Assembly: GCA_963779615.1 (NCBI GenBank)
Contig: CAVZZA010000005.1
Location: 480,001-544,000 of the forward strand
Source: an uncultured Nitrososphaeraceae archaeon
Lineage (GTDB): Archaea > Thermoproteota > Nitrososphaeria > Nitrososphaerales > Nitrososphaeraceae
Direction: 5' to 3'
Length of the DNA stretch: 64,000 bases
Notes under the pieces: generated by a model
Database searches by the model: none
Seen by the model: only the letters and a program-made list of their open reading frames with translations
What the model was told of the DNA's origin: nothing
Translations under genes and position numbers: made by a program
Part shown: positions 58,445 to 64,000 of the stretch, piece after piece
Layout: every line of letters begins with the position of its first letter
Numbering within the stretch: the stretch's first letter is position 1

Positions 58445-58834
58445 TCAAAGCAATAATTTTCTTATAGTTATTTCACCAACTCTACGGATAATGTTTGAAT
58501 GGTCAGCTTGTACTTCTGTAGTTATATAAAGCAGATGATGATCATTATCATCACCTAATGACATCGTAATACGTTTAATCTTTTCATATTCTGCCAATAC
58601 ATATTTTCCTTTTCCTATTTTTGGTGCAAGTTTGGTGCGTGTCTTCCATGAATTTACAGCTAGTTCAAGTGATTCTTTACTTTCTTCTGGCGTTAGCAAA
58701 TTCTTAACACCTTCACGATGCTCAGAATATACTGCTCTTCCATTTGAATCGCATATGGTAACTAGTCTAATCCCTGCATCTATGTTCATAATATCTTCAT
58801 ACATTTTTTCATAGTCTGTTTTTTTATAGTCCAT
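58445..58834 (-). CDS. small thaumarchaeal protein (DUF6659/roadblock-like), transposon cargo
   Basis: Paralog of 24968..25315. Confidence 0.75.
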   Translation of the reverse strand: MDYKKTDYEKMYEDIMNIDAGIRLVTICDSNGRAVYSEHREGVKNLLTPEESKESLELAVNSWKTRTKLAPKIGKGKYVLAEYEKIKRITMSLGDDNDHHLLYITTEVQADHSNIIRRVGEITIRKLLL

Positions 58835-58998
58835 CTGCTTTAACTATATATAACACTGGATTTAAAAAAATCTTTTGAAGGCTTTCATTGCAATAATTGA
58901 ATCGATTACCCATTTTGATAAGGCTTTAGTTATAGATTCAAAGAATGTTGCTACACTAACTGGTAAAAAAATAAATGCATTGCTAACCCGATAAAGAT

Positions 58999-59313
58999 CT
59001 AATTTAGTAGTTGGATTCGAGCTTGCCATGTTACATTGTCAAGAATTATATCCTGCATTCTTCCTTGAACCCGTTCTAAAGCTTGTATCCTTATCATTGC
59101 CATATCTGCGTCATAATGATTATCTGACTTTTGCATAGCGATTTTAAGCTTTTTTATCTTAAGTTCTAACACATACCAAAACCTATCAGCGAAATTAACT
59201 ACGTCTTTAACTTCGGGAGAATCATGTTTGATATAGGAATCTTTAGCGGTATTGAGTTTATCGAGATTGTACATATCATAATTATTTTCTTTGTTATTTT
59301 TAGTAATGGTCAT
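58999..59313 (-). CDS. hypothetical helical protein, transposon cargo
   Basis: 104-aa ORF; a homologous truncated unit (VLDLKIRK...IQDIVIN) lies just upstream at 59318-59541. Confidence 0.55.
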   Translation of the reverse strand: MTITKNNKENNYDMYNLDKLNTAKDSYIKHDSPEVKDVVNFADRFWYVLELKIKKLKIAMQKSDNHYDADMAMIRIQALERVQGRMQDIILDNVTWQARIQLLN

Positions 59314-59542
59314 ACGGCTAAACTAACATGGCCATCTTTTTTTGATCTATCAATATCAGTTTCTTGGTATCTTTGCTTTCGTTATTATTATTATTGTCGT
59401 TGTTGATGTTGATAACTATATCCTGTATGGGTGCTTCAACCCATTGATACGTCATTATTTGAGATTGTATCCTTTCAACGTCTATAGTCATGCAGGTATC
59501 TAACATTTCTCGCCTACATTTTCTTATTTTAAGGTCTAAAAC

Positions 59543-59682
59543 TGCTTTGTTGCATGATTATTTTAAATCGTTTTTTGTTGACGTTTTGTTGATAGGAGTA
59601 TGACGAAAACAATGAACATTGGATTATAATTGTCCTAGCTGAAGTATAGTTTTAGCTGTTTTTCGAATCATTCAACAAAGCA
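59543..59682. mobile_element. 140-bp MITE with IS903-group TIRs
   Basis: TGCTTTGTTGCATGATT (59543) ... AATCATTCAACAAAGCA (59666-59682); no ORF inside. Confidence 0.85.
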
Positions 59683-60181
59683 TATGCAATGAAATAAAAT
59701 ATGCATTTAAATATATCGATGAACAACAATGGTAATTCCAGACAAAACTATTCTTTATCCAAGTAAATTGAAGTTTATACCCAAAACTTTAAAACTTATT
59801 CCGATAGCAAGGCAAGAAAATTTGTGCCTAAAAAAACAAGAATGAAATTGCCTGAACTAATCACCCAACAACAACAACACTCCCACAACCACCGCTAGCA
59901 AAATAACGCTATTTACAAAGATTACAATAAGTACTATATTTTCAAACAAACAATCTCTGATTTCTACAACTATTTTATATATCCATTGGTCATGTAAGGC
60001 CCTGTTACCTTATCTGTCATTTGTCCATTCCAACTAGTAAAAGTATGCCAAACAACCTGGCATTATTGTAGTGGCTTTACAATAAAAATTCATTATCATG
60101 ATAACCATAGCTTTGGTAGAAAATAGTCAATATTAATTATTTAAGTCAGTGAACTTGTACAAGTTGGTATAGTAGGGCACC

Positions 60182-60655
60182 TTGTCTGACAATACAAATA
60201 GCGGATTTCAATTAAAAAAAGGCAAAGGAACAGAGATTTACTTTCGTGGTACAAAAATGACCGTCAAGGTTTCTGGAATTGATTCTGAGAACAGGTACAG
60301 TTTGATAGAGATGACACATCCCCCAAATAGTGGTCCTGCATTACATGTTCACCCAAAAGCGTCGGAGGCCTATTTTGTACTTGCCGGCGAATACTCCATA
60401 AAAAGCGGCGATAGAACATACCTATCCCAAATTGGCGATTTTGTTTTCATTCCAAAGGATGTTCCTCACAACTATCAATCAGGTCCTAATGGTGGAAAAG
60501 TGCTGGTGATATCCCCTGCGGGACTAGAGGAGTATTTTAAAGAGGTTGCAGGCATTCTTCATAAGCAGAATAAAATCCCATGGAGCACAGAAGTAGAAAT
60601 TGCACAACGGTATGGCCAAGAATTTCTGGACAACCTAAAACATTGGGGTCAATAA
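60182..60655 (+). CDS. cupin-domain protein
   Basis: GPALHVHPKASEAYFVLAG and GDFVFIPKDVPH motifs. Confidence 0.9.
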   Translation: MSDNTNSGFQLKKGKGTEIYFRGTKMTVKVSGIDSENRYSLIEMTHPPNSGPALHVHPKASEAYFVLAGEYSIKSGDRTYLSQIGDFVFIPKDVPHNYQSGPNGGKVLVISPAGLEEYFKEVAGILHKQNKIPWSTEVEIAQRYGQEFLDNLKHWGQ

Positions 60656-60738
60656 AAATTATTTATTATTATGCATGTGAAAGATAAAAAGTCTATTATA
60701 TTCTCGATGACACAAGAATAACCATTGCACAAAAACTG

Positions 60739-61455
60739 CTAAGCAATGTTAGACCTCTTGTCGCTCTTTGCCAGCGAAGTCAATGCACTGGCCTTTATGG
60801 AATCCACATCACAATCAACATCTAACCCAATTGATTGTAGCATTTGCCTGGCCTCAACAGTATCGGGTATATTTTTTATCCTAAAATAATCGCCATCTTT
60901 ATAAACATAGAATATGGCAAACAAGCCTGAAACAGCAGCTCCTGCAAATACTGGCTTTACATCACTATTTTCATTGCTGCTGGATATCTTCAGGATATTT
61001 TTTAACCCTTGAATCCCTTCCTTCTGCTTCTTCCTGTTTAGTTTTATTCTGCCCATATCCACAAAATTATCCTTTTTTGGTTCTGCTTCCTCCTTACCAA
61101 ATCCCAATTCATCCACTAATGGCTTGCCGGGTAATTTTATGCTTCGAGTGCAGTCACAGGCTTCGCACTCCATTGTACATTCGTTTCTTAAGCGGGCGTC
61201 TTTAACTTCGACAACATCTTCAAAATATTTGCTCAATTCGGGAATTTCCATAGCCATGGGATATAATCCAGCCTCCAGGCAATAGCAAATTTCAATAAAA
61301 TGTATCAGATTGTCCTCATCTATAGTTGCTTCTCTTAACGCCGTTTGCATCCCTTCATAAAATACCTTGCCACGACCTAACGAGCCGTTTTTTAATGAAT
61401 CTGACAGTTTTTGCTTTTCCAAAGGACTTAACTTGCATTTAACGTAATATCGCAT
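60739..61455 (-). CDS. hypothetical protein with Cys clusters
   Basis: Intact 238-aa ORF; EICYC and CTMECEACDC motifs. Confidence 0.75.
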   Translation of the reverse strand: MRYYVKCKLSPLEKQKLSDSLKNGSLGRGKVFYEGMQTALREATIDEDNLIHFIEICYCLEAGLYPMAMEIPELSKYFEDVVEVKDARLRNECTMECEACDCTRSIKLPGKPLVDELGFGKEEAEPKKDNFVDMGRIKLNRKKQKEGIQGLKNILKISSSNENSDVKPVFAGAAVSGLFAIFYVYKDGDYFRIKNIPDTVEARQMLQSIGLDVDCDVDSIKASALTSLAKSDKRSNIA

Positions 61456-61674
61456 TAATGGGCAACCTTATGTCATCAAAAAACCATTTAAGCATTTAAT
61501 CAAGGCAAGAGGAAAAGGAAATGAATCGTACCATGTTCATTAAATAAGAAGACTGTGGGATACGAAAACAGCAAAGAAGAATCAAAGGTTAAGTAACTGA
61601 CTCGGTTTCTTTTATTATGACAACAATATATTGGTTAAAAGGGCCCTGTTCACCTAAGGATTTTCAATTCTTTA

Positions 61675-61940
61675 TTGTGACAACCTACAAAAAGATGCAG
61701 CCAATTCATGGCATGCTTTAGTTTGCATTTCTTTTTTTTGCAGGATAGCAGTCAGTCACCATCAAGGCCTTCAGCTCCACCATCCTTCAAGTATTGCATT
61801 GTTCCTTCAACAATGCTTTTCCCATAAGGGGAATGCGGACGTGGTTTACCTTTCAGAATCCACAGGCTTGAGGATACCAAGTACCACAGTCTGTTGACAC
61901 AGGGTGTAACAGAATCAGGGAATATAGCAGATGTCAATGA
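61675..61940 (-). mobile_element. IS6-like DDE transposase 3' remnant
   Basis: HSPYGKSIVEGTMQYLKD...D...CKKKKCKLKHAMNWLHLF resembles the C-terminus of thaumarchaeal IS6-type transposases. Confidence 0.6.
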
Positions 61941-62199
61941 CGCAAAAAAACTATGAACGCAATGGTGGTTGCGGCTGGCCTGAGAATCTAAGGCATTATT
62001 GGCAAAAATGCCAGATTATGCGGAATGTCACACTTGGTATAACGATACACCGTACAGCAATTTAATGGCCAAGCCTCAATAGCTTGAGTTCAAAAGCATG
62101 TTCACTTTTTCAAAAAACTCCATGGACGATGACATCAAAGGTTACACAAATAAGGACAGTCCTTTAGATGACAGCAAAATAACATTATCAAAGAGAGTC

Positions 62200-62600
62200 T
62201 AGTCCCTAAGTCAACTTACACGGATAGAGAAAGAGATTGTGAAACTTATGCAAAGAAACAGCAGCAGCAGCATTAAGATGCCTAACTATGGAGGATACGC
62301 AAAAATACAGCCTTAAAAACCAAGACATTCATTGACTAGACCTGCCTTGGATTCCTAAAAAAACCGAAGAGCAAGGGAACAGTGGATGGTTCTACAGGGC
62401 AGCCAAGGAGCACGAGTGGCATATCCCAAATTGCAAAAGGGCCATGGACAAGACAGAGCAGCATGAAAGGGAACATCTGTGGAGTGTGGTGGAAGACCCA
62501 AACACAAAAGAAAATGCCAATTTAAAGCATTCCAAGAACTCCATAACTTGACAGAGACATGTGTTTTTTCTCTTAAGTGTTCTGTAAATACATTGAATGT
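62200..62600 (+). pseudogene. decayed hypothetical gene, paralog of the 14.1-14.5 kb remnant
   Basis: Same fragment alignment as given for the 14082..14500 feature. Confidence 0.45.
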
Positions 62601-62893
62601 TTAATGTAAAGTATTTGTAGTTATTTTGCTTCATTTGCTTTTTAAAAAATGGTTCAAATAAACGATTAGTGCAACCATTTGGTGTGTGAAAACAACCACA
62701 GTTTTTTTACAAACACAACTAGGCTATATCTGACACAACTCTCAATGGCTTGCCATTTGTAACTGATTTATCGAGATTCTATCACTAATATTTTAAAATC
62801 TAAAATATGAATTAAAAAAAGGTTGGTGTCTTTTCGTCAAGTGAAGATTGAAATTAGGCTGTCTATTACAAAAGATGCCTTGTTAAACGATTT

Positions 62894-63619
62894 TTAATTA
62901 AGGCTCTTAGCATATTGACAAAATCGTATTGTATTGAAGTATTTTAACTTTATTGGCTTTTCTCTTGCCCCATTACATTCATCGACTAGTATTTGAAATA
63001 AATTTGAATTGCCATGTTTGGGCCAATTTAAAGCAAAACCATCATACCTTTTCCGTTTAGTTGGAATGACAGGATACCGTATGCAGTTACTTGTTATGTT
63101 AGGAAATCTGCTATTAATCAGCATATTGGAGAGTTCCGGTGTGGAAAAAAGACCGATCATTTCAATTTGACTATGAGCAACGGCTGCCTCATCTATAGCG
63201 GGGCCTATCAGTAATTGGGTTGATAAATAGTATTCCCCATAGCTTATCGCCCCCCTTAAAAAAAAATTTGACTCGAGGGAAAAAATGAAAGGGTTTATCA
63301 ACAAACCAAATAGATAATTGGCGTAACCTGGTTCGCATTGGCAAGTGATGATTATGGTGTCAGAAATGGTCGTGAAATAGTGTTTAAATTGTTTAAGTGG
63401 GGTTTGTTGTAGCGAATTTGCGAATTGAGCCATTATGTTTTTCCACCGGTTAAACGCTACATTAGGATCCATTCTTTCCCAAATTCCTTTTACACCTAAC
63501 GCATCAATAAAAATCACAAACCCCGTCTGATGGTGAGAATGAGAATCCCTCATAACAGGACTTGTCCCATCATAGACTACTACTGGTGCGTTAGAGTGGT
63601 CATCTCCAATGTTTGGCAT
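62894..63619 (-). CDS. stand-alone class III nucleotide cyclase-like protein (start likely ATG 63619 or later)
   Basis: FIDALGVK, ISDTIII, LRGAISYG and LIGPAIDEAA motifs; the upstream part of the long ORF looks non-coding. Confidence 0.7.
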   Translation of the reverse strand: MPNIGDDHSNAPVVVYDGTSPVMRDSHSHHQTGFVIFIDALGVKGIWERMDPNVAFNRWKNIMAQFANSLQQTPLKQFKHYFTTISDTIIITCQCEPGYANYLFGLLINPFIFSLESNFFLRGAISYGEYYLSTQLLIGPAIDEAAVAHSQIEMIGLFSTPELSNMLINSRFPNITSNCIRYPVIPTKRKRYDGFALNWPKHGNSNLFQILVDECNGAREKPIKLKYFNTIRFCQYAKSLN

Positions 63620-64000
63620 TTTGCTATAGGAATGTATTGAATTAACCAATATATCTACTAGATAACAAAAAAGGTATAGGGTGTTTGTTATTGTTGCGGT
63701 ATTTTTTTTATGGGTTTTATACAGTCCAAGTCGCAACCACAAAAAAATCAAATGCATGATTTTGGTTTCGCCTTCAATTATGGTAGCAGGAATCGTCCTT
63801 AAGCCATATTTTGGTGAATGGGCATCCGCGACGGAATGTGCAGCAGAAGAAGAAGCATATGGGTTAATGATGACCGTAAGGCAATGTTCCAATCTGTCCT
63901 TACAACAGGGAATTAACCATAGTTAACGTAAAAAATATCCTGCAAGACGTCTTTGATACCCACACCGCCAAAGCGGCCTGAGAATAACTTTTGTCCAGAA

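Larger units (their letters stand above)
56804..59682. mobile_element. composite transposon (IS903-group IS + cargo + MITE) with 9-bp target-site duplication
   Basis: TATGCAATG at 56795-56803 and 59683-59691 directly abuts the two outermost TIRs. Confidence 0.8.

Noticed and set aside
63620-63892. N-terminal 91 aa of the 62894..63892 ORF
   Set aside because: Composition looks non-coding and includes a likely promoter; start moved downstream

Overview
AT-rich archaeal chromosome segment. The gene families and styles are typical of soil ammonia-oxidising archaea (Nitrososphaerales, Ca. Nitrosocosmicus-like); this is inferred from protein families only. The first ~13 kb holds mostly ordinary metabolic genes: iscS 3' end, O-methyltransferase, peroxiredoxin, a cyclase-receiver fusion, hemD, ArsA/Get3 and an LLM oxidoreductase. 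The rest is a low-density accessory region with many pseudogenes, decayed IS elements and small secreted proteins. It also carries a Csp3-like copper-storage protein, a bacterial-type XPB helicase pair, crcB/DUF190, a decayed arylsulfatase with a ~320-bp triplet expansion, and a YVTN beta-propeller. No intact tRNA, rRNA or CRISPR array was found. Three features stand out. (1) Six co-oriented intergenic repeats at 31.3-40.6 kb share a core that reads as a tRNA 3' end (minus strand CCCTC-CGGGCCC-G); they carry two families of conserved arms and divide the DNA into 1.2-2.9 kb gene modules, like an att-site cassette array. (2) A 2.9-kb composite transposon at 56804-59682 is built from an IS903-group IS and a 140-bp MITE and is flanked by a perfect 9-bp target duplication. 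(3) A multi-stem, G-U-rich structured RNA candidate lies at 14843-14995. All calls were made by eye with no database searches.
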